A stretch of DNA of 64,000 bases from Octopus bimaculoides (GCF_001194135.2 NC_068984.1:17069944-17133943), one strand, 5' to 3'; positions 24,540 to 37,692 are shown, counted from the first letter of the stretch. Notes: a model not told the origin generated them from the letters alone. Made by a program: numbers and translations.

Positions 24540-25250
24540 ATCAGCAACCACTACCATGTATATTACAACTATTCTCTATTCTCAGCAACAAATCTCTCAT
24601 CTTCTACCTCTAATAAAACTCTGCTGTTCAAGTCTATATTCCAGCTTCATTGTGTCTGCACTTATGTAACATCTACTCTCTACACCACCCACCTTTCTCA
24701 CTTGGATATCAACAACAAAGGCTTCTCGTGTAGTCTATCTTCTCCATTCCTCTAAATACATCAGGTATCTCTATCACTCTCTGAACTCCTCCAACCAACA
24801 ACACTATTCATTCTGTATTGAGGACATCTCTCTCTCTCTCTCAAGTCATCTGTTTAAGCTGCTTTCCTAGGAGTTCCATTCATAAATTTTCATTCAGGCA
24901 GCTCTTATAGCAACATGCATTGATAGAGCTCTCTCTGAACCACACTCTAGTAACTTTGGTGTACCCCAGGGTTCTATTTTGTTTCTCACACTCATCTCTC
25001 TGCACATTAACAACCTATTAACCTATTTCTTGTCACATTCTCATACAGATATTACAACCTTTCACTCTTCCTTGACCTTCAGCACACAGGTGTTATCCAC
25101 AAGCAGCCTACACTACCTCCATGAACAAACTAAACCTTGAAAATATCTTTCAATAGAGGACATTCAAACCTTCAACAACATAAAAGCACAATTATGGTAC
25201 ATATCAAGGAGACAGTTGTGTCATGCCCTCTCTATACAAACAGCACACAA
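24540..25250 (+). mobile_element. Decayed CR1/L2/Jockey-type LINE reverse transcriptase
   Basis: Translation near 24920-25070: EPHSSNFGVPQGSILFLTL...HINNLL...HSHTDITT (GVPQGS and decayed YADD region). Confidence 0.7.
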
Positions 25251-25254
25251 TTAA

Positions 25255-25474
25255 CCCTTTAGCATTCAGATTACTCAGTCAAATGTAATGCTCATTTATT
25301 CATATTGTTTAGAATTCATCATGTATTATCTCATAGCTTCAAGATTTTAATAATGAGATGGTTTATTTTTTGAATGTCATTGTAGGGTAGGTGTGAGAGG
25401 CCAGATCTGGCCAGTTTGAACATAAAACTGATAAAATATTTGGGCCGGATGTGACCTGTTTGAATATTAAAAGA
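25255..25474. mobile_element. piggyBac-type MITE (family D)
   Basis: TTAA-CCCTTTAGCATTC left end, decayed right end followed by TTAA. Confidence 0.8.
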
Positions 25475-27639
25475 TTAAAACTCTTGAAGTCAATGCCAAT
25501 GTTGTCTCACATTCTCTGATAGTGTCTCATAGTGACTTCCCCACCCCTACATATATAACATTGCCAAACCTCAACCCAAAGACTAGGCAACCCCTTCAGA
25601 ACCAAAAAAAAACCATCAGTTGTTGACCCTCTTCAAAGCTCAAGTATGGCTGATATTAAAGTGCTCCTTACATATCTACAACAGTGTTGCTATATGGTTG
25701 AATGGCAGAGGTCTGTTCACTTAAATACTTACAAACTCTTTGTTACTTATCTCCATCTCTTCTAAAGCCAAAACAACAGCTACTATAATGATCAGTGACC
25801 CTCTAAACTTGCAACTTGCATATCCATTTAAATCAGGACCACTGGAATTCCCTCCCCAATCTATCTATATATATATATATTTTTAATCTGCAGATGGTGA
25901 CTTCAAGATTAATCCCCATTAATCTTACAAGTCTTGGAAGATTAATCTTACCAGTCTTGGGATCATGCATAGACTAGACACAACCTTCGTTACTACTCAG
26001 ACTAATTTGAAAATTAATTTATTGTTAATTTAATATCATAACTAAGAAACAGAAGAATAAATTCCTTTTGTAGACTTCTCAAGATGCAAAAGAGCTCTGA
26101 TTTTGGATTTTGAACTGCTTGCAGTTATGTTAGTGAATCAGAAAATATGTTTGTTCTTGTAGTTTTATTATCTTCAACGTACTTGAGAGTTGTATAAGTA
26201 TTATACAAATATTATATTTGAATAATTAACAGCAATGATTTATTTTTTAAATATGCTAATGTTTCAAACCTTCTCACATATAATTGTGTACATCCACTTA
26301 CTGATTCTCTCAGCACTACTCTAGCAAGAACAGTGCGGTGTACAAATTGTGAATGTCTAACATGACCAAAACACCAGCTTTCTCCCTTGCACTTACCAAA
26401 ATGATTAAAACACTTTTAGTCATTGAGCTAATGTTGTCTTTTCCTTACCACATAATTACTCCTTCTTAGTTTTCCAATGCTTACAGCAGTAAATATGTTA
26501 GCTTTTACATAGGTATATAAGAATTACTTTGGTCTCGGTTATAAAAGTTTAGCAACTATTGAAATACAGGTGAACAAGGATATCTTGTCTGTTGCAACAC
26601 TACTGAACTTGTCTTTATAAAAAATTGTATCAGAAATATCTCTTAACACAATTTTCAAGACCAGAGAGTTTGTTTTGCAGTTTTAATTTTATTAAGATTC
26701 CAATGTAATATTGAGTTTACTATGTAACTGAAGTGAAGTTGATGGAATTTCATTATCTGCATTTCCTTACAAGCTCATATCTGCAACTTCAACAAAGAGG
26801 GAAAACTCACAGACCAATAATTCTAATATTTTTTAGTTTGATATAATTGTTTACATATAGGATTAAAGATTCAGCAAGAACTGGGTTTCAGTTTTGTAAA
26901 GTCATTTTAACATTTCTTTCTTTTTGAAAATTCACCCTGTCATGTCCAACCAGCCACATTTATTACAAATCCTTGATTATCATCTGTATCTATTAGCTTC
27001 AGACATGATGTAAGAGCTGTTTCATATATATAATACAACCATAGTTCAACTTTGATCACACTGCTCTCACCCACATACACAGCAAAGATATTTGCAGCTT
27101 TCCTAAGTTGTAAAAGGACACTTCAAAATGTTTGCTTTATACTATTGAAATAAAATCTTCTGACAAAATGCATTAACGAATTTTCTTATTTTCAGCAATT
27201 CTATACGTATTTATTAAATATTCAGTAAAATTAATAAAAAATAAGTTGTATGCTTTCATAAAATGTGTGACTTATAAACTAGTTAAATCCAATTTAATTG
27301 AAATTGGTCAGTGGTATGGTTTCATAATAAGCAAAAACAAGGCCTGACAGTTCATATAAATAAATAACTATAAATATGTTAAAACAGCAATTGTAAAATT
27401 GAGTGGGAAGGTCAACAATTATACAATAAGAAATGCAAACATTTATTGTCACCAGTTATCACCAAGGTCACTTTACTTTTTATTATTTAATGTTGCTGCA
27501 GTCTTATCTCTCCAGAAAGGAGGAGTTAAATTTCTAAAAAATCTTTTTATCAGTGATTCTTTTAATTATCAACAAACATTTCAAAGAAACACTTTTCCAA
27601 AGGCATTTGCATAAGCATAATAATGAATAACAAAACAAA

Positions 27640-28325
27640 ATGTGATGCGGATGAATGAGGACAGCTGTATAAAGAAGTGCTGATCGCTAAATTTGGAAGG
27701 AGCATGTAGAAGAGGGAGACTAAGGAAGCTGCAAGACGAAGTGAAAACTGATCTCAAGGTGTTGAGCCTCTCAGAGATGATGGGGGCCCAAGATGAATGG
27801 TGTTATGCTGTGCTTGAGAAGACATGTCCATCTTTGCAGAATTGAGGCTCTGCCAAGTCTTCTGCCACAACTCATCTTTCATTTTGTTTTCACTTCTCGC
27901 TACACTAAACTGATATCCTCTACATCCAACTCATTCCCTATTTCTAACCATCTGTTACACTATTTTCACTTAGTGCACTTTCTATTCTGTCTCATATTCA
28001 TGTTGTATCTGGACCTCACTTCTCGTTCTTCCTCTCTCTCACTTTCCAGGTGGGCAGGCCACGTATTCACCTCTTCAGCAAGACACCTGCTCCCCTCCCT
28101 CTATCATAAGTTTCTTATTTCGCCAGTGTAAACTCTGCTCAGTTGAGGGGGTTTTATCTTGTAGTTACTTGGTGGCTTCACTGGTGCTAATGCCACATAA
28201 AAAGCATCCAGTACACACTGTTAAATGGCTGGCATTAGGAAGGGTTTCCAGCTGTAGAAACCATGTTCTTATCAAACCATCCAACCCATGTCAGTACGGA
28301 AAAAGGGGGCATATGATGATGACGA
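27640..28325 (+). mobile_element. RTE LINE 3' end (ORF C-terminus plus family C tail)
   Basis: VMRMNEDSCIKKC...RGRLRK...DEWCYAVLEKT, typical RTE C-terminus, then family C UTR and (GAT)n. Confidence 0.7.
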
Positions 28326-28838
28326 ATTTTTTATGGGGGGGGGGGGGGGGGGGTGATTTAAAATATTTTATTTCTCTTATGCTAACATATTTATAGATAT
28401 TTTTTTTGCAAAATTGTATATCTTGCACATGGATTATAATTCACTTGTATTTCATTTCAGGTTTCTTTTTACATCCAGTCCCCATGCTTGCAAGAATAAG
28501 GTAGTCTTCAAAAATATTTGGTTATTTCTAAATCTATTGGTATTAATTGTTTTTAGATGTAGAAGCTCTATAATATCCATGGAATTGGAATGGAATCAGA
28601 GTAAAGCTGGGATGAAAAACAATTACAAACACAAAATAAGAGTTCTAGTGAGAAATGAAGACATCAGACCATGTGATCAAAATCCCAGAATCTTAAACTC
28701 ATAGCACTAGGCTTCAGAATTGACATCTTAGCTAGCACAGATTAAATCTTCTAGTCAGTGGATACAAAATACTGATGGTGAGGTACATGTTGTTCACCAT
28801 TCAATCAACAGGTAAAAATACTATTGATTTAGTCAACT

Positions 28839-29000
28839 AGGAGTGGCTGTGTCGTAAGTAGCTGGCTTACCAACCACATGGTTCTGGGTTCAGTCCCACT
28901 GTGTGGCACCTTGGGCAAGTGTCTTCTACTATAGCCTTGGGCCGACCAAAGCCTTGTGAGTGGATTTGGTAGACAGAAACTGAAAGAAGCCCGTCGTATA

Positions 29001-29034
<34 letters not shown>

Positions 29035-29175
29035 TATATATATATGCGTATGTGTGTTTGTGTGTCTGTGTTTGTTCCCCCACCATCACTTGACAACCGA
29101 TGCTGGTGTGTTTACGTCCCCATAACTTAGCAGTTCGGCAAAAAAGACCGATAGAATAAGTACTAGGCTTATAAA
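28839..29175 (+). mobile_element. SINE family A, near intact, truncated by gap
   Basis: ggagtggctgtgtcgtaag A-box region, gggttcagtccc B-box region, central (TA/TG)n. Confidence 0.88.
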
Positions 29176-29753
29176 NNNNNNNNNNNNNNNNNNNNNNNNN
29201 NNNNNNNNNNNNNNNNNNNNNNNNNNNNNNNNNNNNNNNNNNNNNNNNNNNNNNNNNNNNNNNNNNNNNNNNNNNNNNNNNNNNNNNNNNNNNNNNNNNN
29301 NNNNNNNNNNNNNNNNNNNNNNNNNNNNNNNNNNNNNNNNNNNNNNNNNNNNNNNNNNNNNNNNNNNNNNNNNNNNNNNNNNNNNNNNNNNNNNNNNNNN
29401 NNNNNNNNNNNNNNNNNNNNNNNNNNNNNNNNNNNNNNNNNNNNNNNNNNNNNNNNNNNNNNNNNNNNNNNNNNNNNNNNNNNNNNNNNNNNNNNNNNNN
29501 NNNNNNNNNNNNNNNNNNNNNNNNNNNNNNNNNNNNNNNNNNNNNNNNNNNNNNNNNNNNNNNNNNNNNNNNNNNNNNNNNNNNNNNNNNNNNNNNNNNN
29601 NNNNNNNNNNNNNNNNNNNNNNNNNNNNNNNNNNNNNNNNNNNNNNNNNNNNNNNNNNNNNNNNNNNNNNNNNNNNNNNNNNNNNNNNNNNNNNNNNNNN
29701 NNNNNNNNNNNNNNNNNNNNNNNNNNNNNNNNNNNNNNNNNNNNNNNNNNNNN
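29176..29753. other. Assembly gap (578 N)
   Basis: N run. Confidence 0.99.
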
Positions 29754-29847
29754 CTACCTACCTCAGTTGCTATGGCATTGTGGTAAATCCGGCCACCCCA
29801 TTAACGGAGACAAAACCCGGATTTAAAACACTGGATGATGATGATGA

Positions 29848-29850
<3 letters not shown>
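29754..29850 (+). mobile_element. 3' end of a LINE-like element with (GAT)n tail
   Basis: CpG-containing ggtaaatccggccacccc...aaacactg then gatgatgatg directly after the gap. Confidence 0.5.
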
Positions 29851-29888
<38 letters not shown>

Positions 29889-31159
29889 TAATATCAACAT
29901 TTTTTTAATGCAAGAATCAGTTACACATATTTAAAATACAGCAGCCCTCAAGTCATTTCAAACTGTAACATTCACTGAAATAATGCAATATATGTGACTC
30001 GGCATATTTTAATGTCTCTGATTGCAATGTTTTGTGTGAGTTTTGGGCTGAGATTTTTACTGTTGGATTCTTTTTTGCATCACCGATAACTGAGACAATG
30101 AAGGAAAGTGTATTTATAATGACACTAGCACTAGTCTGATGAAGGCCAGGCATTATCTCTCCCATTATCTGTTAGCTGGAACTATCATGAGCAAAACAAA
30201 GGAAAATATTTGTTGTGGACACCAACAGTAGAAACCCACTTTCCAAGTTTGAGGACTCCGCTGTCCTATTAAGGTCTATGACTATATGAGCAAAACAAAA
30301 TGGATACCTTGAGAGAAATATACATTCTTATCAAATGAAAACTGCAATCTTATCAGTGACCTATGTTACATCAAAAGGTTACAGAAAGCATCAAACAAGG
30401 ACTATAGGACAAGCAATGGTAAATATAACAGAAACTTGTACGTAATGAGTCTACTTAACCTCAATTTTACTAAAACACAAATTCTAACTGTTTGTGTTAT
30501 AATTCAAGTCTTAAGTCAAGAGCTGCAGCAATTACATACATTAAATACATAACAAAAACAAGACAAAATACAATATAATCTAATTACTAATATACCAACA
30601 CAGCATGAACAGTTGTTTTTTTTAAATAAGTATACTGAAGTTATATTTATATGTTTAAATGATTTATACATATATATACTTCTCTCTACTAAACTGATTT
30701 TTTTAATGTTTTAAAACTATTAAATGGTAATAGTCTGGTCCCTAGGGAATCACTGTTTAAATGTAAATAAAATAAACAATGTTCTGCAGAAGAAATTTCA
30801 ATTCCTGTAAATTGTTCCCTATTGTAGTTGATTTCATGACAGAAAGAGTTAAAAAGAAGAGAAGAAAAGCAAATTCCTTTTGGTATAACCATAGTATTTA
30901 AATTTATTTTTGGAACATATTTGCATAGAATCAGCAAGATTAATCAATAAAGTCTACATTAACAATACACATGTAGATTACTTGTCTCAATATCCATCAG
31001 GAGCATATCATTTTTAATGAAAATAAAATCTAACAATGTAAAAATAATTTAACAAATTTAACAGAATCTTTTAGTGTCTACCAGGGCTCTATTTCTGCAT
31101 TTCAGTCTAGCAGGGAGTCTGTGACTTATAAGACATAATTCAATAAACTTCCACTGCAT

Positions 31160-31248
31160 GGCAACTTGAGCAAGTGTCTTCTACTATGCCCTCATGCTAA
31201 TCAAAGCCTTGTGAGTGGATTTGGTAGACAGAATTTGAAAGAAGCCCA

Positions 31249-31332
<84 letters not shown>

Positions 31333-31505
31333 CCCACACTGCTTGACAACTGGTGTTGGTATTTATGCCACTGTAACTTTGTAGTTCAGCAAAAGCGACT
31401 GATATAATAAGTATCAGGCTTAAGAAAGGAACTGGGGTCCATTCATTCAACTAAAAATTCAAGGAGGTGCCACAGCATGGCCATGACACGTGACCTAAAC
31501 GAGTA
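31160..31505 (+). mobile_element. SINE family A with long (TG)n at about 31251-31331
   Basis: gcaagtgtcttctactat...gaaagaagcccatcg(TG)n...cacagcatggcc. Confidence 0.8.
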
Positions 31506-31699
31506 AGAAGATAAAAGATATATTGCTACCCTAATGAAAGTTTGCTTTGTCCATCTTTTGATACAACTGAAGGCTTTATTTAGGATAGGTTTTAAACCTT
31601 TCCTTCAGTCTTTTACCAAACTGGATATCTGGATATAGAATGTCTCCCTACTTCTGAGAAAAGACTCACAAATATTTGAGCCAACAAGATAGACTTGTC

Positions 31700-32360
31700 C
31701 ACCTGCAGAAAATGTTTGTCACCTTTATTGTGTAGGAACTGACTTAACTCGGTTTTGATAGTGGGGTAATTTCTGGAGTTCTTCATATTTCATGGCATAT
31801 ATTTTATTTTTATTGGCCAATTCTAACAAATTAATTCAGTATCAACATGTTAATAAAGTAAAATTTCATCAGTTCATTGAGGCTGAAGGTAGCATAGATT
31901 TCCGAGAAGGATTTCAGACAAGCAAAAACGATGGTTTGCAAGGTTTAAATAACAATTTCCTATAAATAAATATAGGGGCCTGACTGGCTGCGATCATTTT
32001 GTCAGTTGCTATCAAGACCTCAAGAGTTTTCAGACCCCTGCATTGCCGATTTCCTCTGTAAAATCAAAATAACATCAGCTCATCTGAGAAACGAGCCCAG
32101 TGAGGTGGAGTGGCTCCTGCAGTGAGTATCACTGGCCATTCTCCGCAGCAACACCATCATGGTCATGATAGCAGGACACAGCTGAATACACCATTTGTTC
32201 TGAGGTACATGGCCTATTGCCTCCTCTCCTTCCATCTGCTGCTTAACCTCACCTTTTTGTTTTCTTTTTCTGTTCCTTCGTATTTAAATATTTAATTTAA
32301 AATGTGATCTGTTGGTTCAAAATAAAGATTTTAAATTTCAAAAACAAAAACAAAAAATAA
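31700..32360 (+). mobile_element. Decayed CRE-like (restriction-like endonuclease) non-LTR element, 3' end
   Basis: ILSVAIKTSRVFRP and EPSEVEWLLQ*VSLAILRSN resemble the CRE C-terminal motifs; A-rich tail near 32330-32360. 5' boundary uncertain. Confidence 0.55.
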
Positions 32361-32709
32361 CCCCCACACAACCTCTTATATTGGCACAAAGCCACAATTC
32401 ATAGAGAAGAAGCATATATTAGTCCATTGAATCAACTTGGGTGTTGACTGATACTTATTTGATCAAACCTGAAATGATACAGGACATAGAGGAAAACAGG
32501 ATATAAACTAAATAAAATTCAGTTGCCACATTGCTCTTTCTGACTTTGTGAGGTTTAAATAACGACCAAAGATGTTTACTCATAGATAAGTTGCATCTCA
32601 TTTTGCACAAAACTGTTATACATAATACAAGATTTCATAATTTCCTGTATAGGTCACATTCTGGTATTTGTCATTGAAGTTATGTACTAAAAGTGCAACT
32701 TGTACAGGA

Positions 32710-32878
32710 GTTTTTACATTCTGAGTTCAAATCCCACCAAGGTCAACTTTGTCTTTCATCCTTTCAGGGTTAATAAAATCAAGTACTAGTCAAGTACGGG
32801 GGGAGTGGGAGGGGTCAATGTAATCAAATTGCTCTCTCTCTAATGCTGCTGGCCTTGTGCCTATAGTAGAAAAGGATT
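32710..32878 (+). mobile_element. SINE family B
   Basis: ctgagttcaaatcc...ctttcatccttt...ggccttgtgcctatagtagaaa. Confidence 0.7.
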
Positions 32879-33122
32879 ACGGCACCTACACCTATAAATG
32901 TAACTAGCTGGCATAAATGGTGGAATGGTAGAATAAATGTAGTATAGCATCATTTTCTTCCCCCAATATTTTGAGTTCAAATGAAGGTAGAGATTACAAA
33001 AAACAGCAGAATGTGGGACTAAATGTAACACTCTAAGAGACTGACTTTTCCATGATTGAGAAAATAATTGCAGATAATGTATTGTGATTGACTCAATCAG
33101 CTATGTCCCTTGCCTGTATATA

Positions 33123-33560
33123 CAGGTCATTGTCGACCTACGATCACAATTGGTTCCGACTAACTGGTCGTAAGTCAGTTTGGTCGTAAGTCGGCCTATA
33201 GGCCTACATAGCTTTGTTTTATATTTTTACATTCTTAAGGTACATTCTCAGGTAAAAGTCACACACAGCATTCTGTATTATACTATTATACTGGCATTAG
33301 TCAAAAATTTTGGAGTCTCAAGCAGTCGTCTTATAAACAAATACGAGGTTGCCTTGATGTCTCCACAACAGGATAGTCATTCAACACAGTGGCGATCGAT
33401 AACCAAACTTAGGGGAAGCGTTTGTTAGCTGACATCATCCGTAGACAGGTTAATTTTTAAGAAATTAAACCCATTAGATTTCAACTGGACTATTTATTAT
33501 TGCTACTGGGATCTGGCACACCAATTGCTGTAAAGTCAATGGGCCGTAAGTCGACAACAA

Positions 33561-33563
<3 letters not shown>
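33123..33563. mobile_element. pogo/Tigger-like MITE
   Basis: Imperfect about 20-bp TIRs (C)AGGT(CA/TG)TTGTCGAC(C/T)TACG, TA on the left and (TA)n on the right. Confidence 0.7.
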
Positions 33564-33595
<32 letters not shown>

Positions 33596-33644
33596 GACCT
33601 TGGATGCCAAAATTAGAAATTAATATTTTGGGTTTAAAAAAAGC

Positions 33645-33860
33645 AGTTAGCTGGCAGAATCATTAGCATGCCAAGCCAAATGCTTTGCAGCATTTTGTCT
33701 GACTTAATGTTCTAAGTTCAAATTCTGCTGAGGTTGACTTTGTCTTTCATCCCTTTGGAGTGGATAAAATAATTACCAGTTGAGCACTGGGTTCAATATA
33801 ATCAACTATTCCCCTCCCCCAGAATTACTGGCCTCGTGCCAAAATTTGAAACCCATATCT
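33645..33860 (+). mobile_element. SINE family B
   Basis: gctggcagaatcattagc head and family body. Confidence 0.75.
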
Positions 33861-34959
33861 TGGGTTCAAATCACACAAGTGTCAGTTTTTCCTTTCATCT
33901 CTTCAAGATCACCAAGTACCAATAATACAATGTTATTAATTTGACTGACTATACATTTGCTTATACAAAATGAGATCTTGTGCCAAGTCAAAGGAAATAT
34001 ACTGTATTTAAATAGTTTTAGAAGCAATACGAAGGATTTCTGTCAGCAAAACTGGCGATTTCATCTTTGATGTAATTGCTGTGAATTGCAAAAAATTTGT
34101 GAATTTCAATATTTTATTATATTTTGTTCAGTGACTTTCTTTCAAAAAGAAAAAAAAAATATCCAGTAAAATGAGGTAGAATTAGCTTGAATGTTACAAC
34201 ATTATAGAGGATATCTGATTAAACAAGTAGTTACATGAAAGTAAAGCTCACTGCTTTTGTTTTCAATGGAAACAAACATTAATTCTATATGTTGTAATTT
34301 AGATGGTATACAACATTACATCAATATCTTGTTTAGGAAATCATAACATTTACTAAATTTGAAACCTGTGTTTATGTTCACTTTTGTAAGCATTATATGG
34401 AAGGAACATCATTTTGATGTGATCTCTGTGAGAATTATTTCTCGGTTACTGCCTAAAATAAAGTGTTTGGTAAAATTATAATTTTTCATACTACACATCT
34501 AAAAAGTGTCTGCTATTTTGCATATGTTCTCTATAATGATTTCTATTATAAGCACAAGATTTCTATCATAAGCCCAAGGAGTATAGCCAATTTAACAGAC
34601 TCCAGTACTTGACTGCTACTTTATGTTATTGACCCCAGCCATATCTGAACTCAGAACATATAGTTGTCCCTAGTATTAAACCTCTCCAAGATTAATGGCA
34701 AGATAAAAATAGACCCAGGCAGCTGGCTGTAAATATATCAGATATTACCTTTTACTGGTTTCATTCACGGGACTGCAGCCATGCTGGGACATAGCCTAAC
34801 CCCAGTAATTTTTTTAAAGTTTGTTACTAATTCTGTTAGTCTCTTTTACTGAACTGTTAATGTATGAAGACAAACAAAGCAACACTAATTGTCAAGAGAG
34901 GGTTTGGTTGGACTCAGATTAATCAGATAATGTGAGCCTGAACAAGCTAGGTTTCTGTT

Positions 34960-36605
34960 AGAAGCCTGTGAAACCTTAAATTGCGGTGTGGATTATGGTC
35001 TAGTTACCTGTATTGTAAATCAGGTGGTTCATGAAGGAGTCATACCCAATGACTCATGTAACAGCACCACAGTCAACTGCTACAAAGGTAAAGGTGACAC
35101 CTTAGATAGAAATAATTACAGAGATATCAAATTGTTGGATCAAGTGATGAAAGTTAGGGAGAGGCTCATAGCCCAACTAATTAGGGAGTGAGTTAATCTA
35201 GATGAGATGCAGTTTGATTTTGTGCCAAGGAGAAGCACCATTGATGCTATATTTCTGGTAAGGTAGCAGCAGTGAAAGATTAACCACTGTACTTGGCTTT
35301 TGTTGATTGAGAGAAAGCCTTTGACAGGGTCCCCCAATCCCTTATCTGGTGGTCAATGCAGAAACTAGGGATGGACGAGTGGTTGGTGAGGTGTACAAGC
35401 CATGTACAGGGGCTCTGTCAGTAAAGTGAGGGTTGGCAACAAGTACAGCAAAGAATTAAGGGTATGAGCAGGGTTCACCAAGGATTGGTCCTCAACCTCC
35501 TCTTGTTCATGATAGTTGTTGTGAGAATGCAATGAACTGTGTGTATGCATGTTTATGTTGTTTGAAGATCAAGGGAACCTGTGCATACATAGACAATATT
35601 ACCATCTGTGGTACCAATCGCACAGAACATGACAAGAATCTATCAATTACTTTAGAACAACATAAGCATGCATACACACAATTCATTGCATTCTCACAAC
35701 AATAGCCATCCAGGAAATAACAGTGGAATTTAAGACAGGCTGCCTTGACGGTTCCTCTGTGTTCATGACCTTGTTCTTATAGCTGAACCACTACCAGAAC
35801 TCAAGAAGAAGTTTCAGGTATGGAAGCAAGGTCTAGAATTTGAGTTAACCTAGCAAAAACCAAAGTCTTAGTAAGTAGGAAGGGAGACAAATCACAAATC
35901 CCTTCAGGTAGATGGCCCTACTCAATCTGTAGGAAAGGCATAGGTAGAAACTTCATAAGATATACCTGGTGTAAACTATGGACACATAAGAGGTGCAGCA
36001 ATATCAGAGGAAGATTAACAGGGAAAATAACGTTCGTATGTGGAAGATGCACAGATACAATAAACACCTAAAATGTACAGAAAATAGATTCCATCAACTG
36101 CCAGGAGGGTAAGCTAGAGGTAGTAGATAGTTTCTATTATCTAGGTGACCAAGTTAATAGCGGAGGTGGATGCTCCAAGAGCATAGCAGTGAGTATAAGA
36201 ATAGACCTTTGGCAATATGCTGTACTTGAGAAGACATGTGAAGCCAAGTAAAATTGTAGTTATGGCTGATGTTGGTGTCACCTAAAAAGCACCTTCTGCC
36301 AGTGGCCATTGAAAAGCTCCTTTCGAGTGTTGGGCTTCACAGAGGCAATGACGAATGTCCAAGACCTTTAGCATTATGTTGTGCTTGAGAAGAAGACTCA
36401 TCAAGCCAAGTCAAATCGTAGTTGGAGCCGATACTGGTGCCACACAAATCACACCCATGCTTGTGGCACATAAAGCATTCACTACACTCTCAGAGCGGTT
36501 GGCATTAGGAAGGGTATTCAGATGTAGAAACCATATCAAATCAGACCTAGTCAAACCGTCTGACCCATGCTAGCATGGACAACAGACGTTAAATTATGAT
36601 GATGA
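34960..36605 (+). mobile_element. 5'-truncated, internally deleted RTE LINE (RT pseudogene plus family C tail)
   Basis: KGKGDTLDRNNYRDIKLL, EMQFDFVPRRSTIDAIF, EKAFDRVP, KTKVL, LEVVDSFYYLG with stops and frameshifts; jump to 3' UTR near 36205. Confidence 0.9.
35517..35701. mobile_element. 185-bp TG...CA insertion with 46-bp inverted arms and a Gypsy RT fragment
   Basis: Arms 35517-35562 and 35656-35701 (2 mismatches); flanks atagt/atagc; spacer reads KIKGTCAYIDNITICGTNRTEHDKNL. Confidence 0.85.
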
Positions 36606-37457
36606 TCTCACACACACACACACACACACACAATGAGCTTCTACAGCTTCTGCCAACCAATTTCACTCACAAAGCATGGAGTGGTATGTGCCTATAGCAG
36701 AAAACACTGGCCCAAAGTGCAGCACAGTAGGACTGCATCTGAAACCACATGGTTGCAAAGTGAGCTTCTTAATCAAAAGCAATACATGTTAATAAAATAG
36801 AAAAGGAATACAAAATGTGAAAATCTTCATATGAACAAAGACTGTTAAAGTGAGTGATGTTTCTGGTTGGTTTATAATGTATAGGAATAAATAAGAAATG
36901 GAGACGGGGATATAAACTATTTTTTTTGTTTTAAATCCCAAATAATGTAGCCAGTGAAAAGTGAATGATTACATTTAAGTTTTATAGACCACAAATGCAT
37001 TCTTTTCAATGAACTGTTGAATATTTTGAAAATTATTTCCTTGAGTGATTAGTTATATAAAAAAAGATTTGTTTCATAAAAAGATCATTACAAATAGAAA
37101 TCTATGAGAAGTCCCAATGTCACTTTAACCCTTGGACATTCAAATTACTGTTGAATATAATGCATATTTATTAACACTGTTTTGAATTAATCATGCATTA
37201 CTTTGCAGCTTTCAGATTTCAATGATGTAATTTATTTTTCTAGGATTACAATTTATTTTGCAAGGATTCCAACGTCAAGGCTGTTCTTCTTTACAGGTCA
37301 GAAACTTGAAACATCATCAAAGTCATAAAGAGTAAGCTACAGACCCTCGCCAACAAAATGTCTGCACTACATCCTCAAGATCTGGTGACAGGATAAAATT
37401 TCAAACAGAAAGTCTGTGGGATAGAATGAATCAAACTCCTATCAATCAAGAAATTCT

Positions 37458-37692
37458 TATTTCTTTATTGCCCACAAGGGGCTAAACATAGAGGGAACAA
37501 ACAAGGAGAGACAAAGGGATTAAGTCGATTACATCGACCCCAGTGCGTAACTGGTACTTAATTTATTGACCCCGAAAGGATGAAAGGCTAAGTCGACCTT
37601 GGTGGAATTTGAACTCAGAACATAATGGCAGACGAAATACCACTAAGCACTTCGGCTGGAGTGCTAATGTTTCTGCCAGCTCGCCGCCATCG
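37458..37692 (-). mobile_element. SINE family B, young
   Basis: 13-bp TSD atcaagaaattct (37445-37457 and 37693-37705). Confidence 0.92.

Noticed and set aside
25905-25962. Short hairpin plus 19-bp direct repeat; similar small duplications near 34540 and 45177
   Set aside because: Short and AT-rich, expected from slippage.
26230-27150. hAT transposase-like snippets
   Set aside because: Candidate motifs appear in the wrong order and are too degenerate.
30135-30160. CTGATGAAGG hammerhead-like start
   Set aside because: No stem II or GAAA follows.
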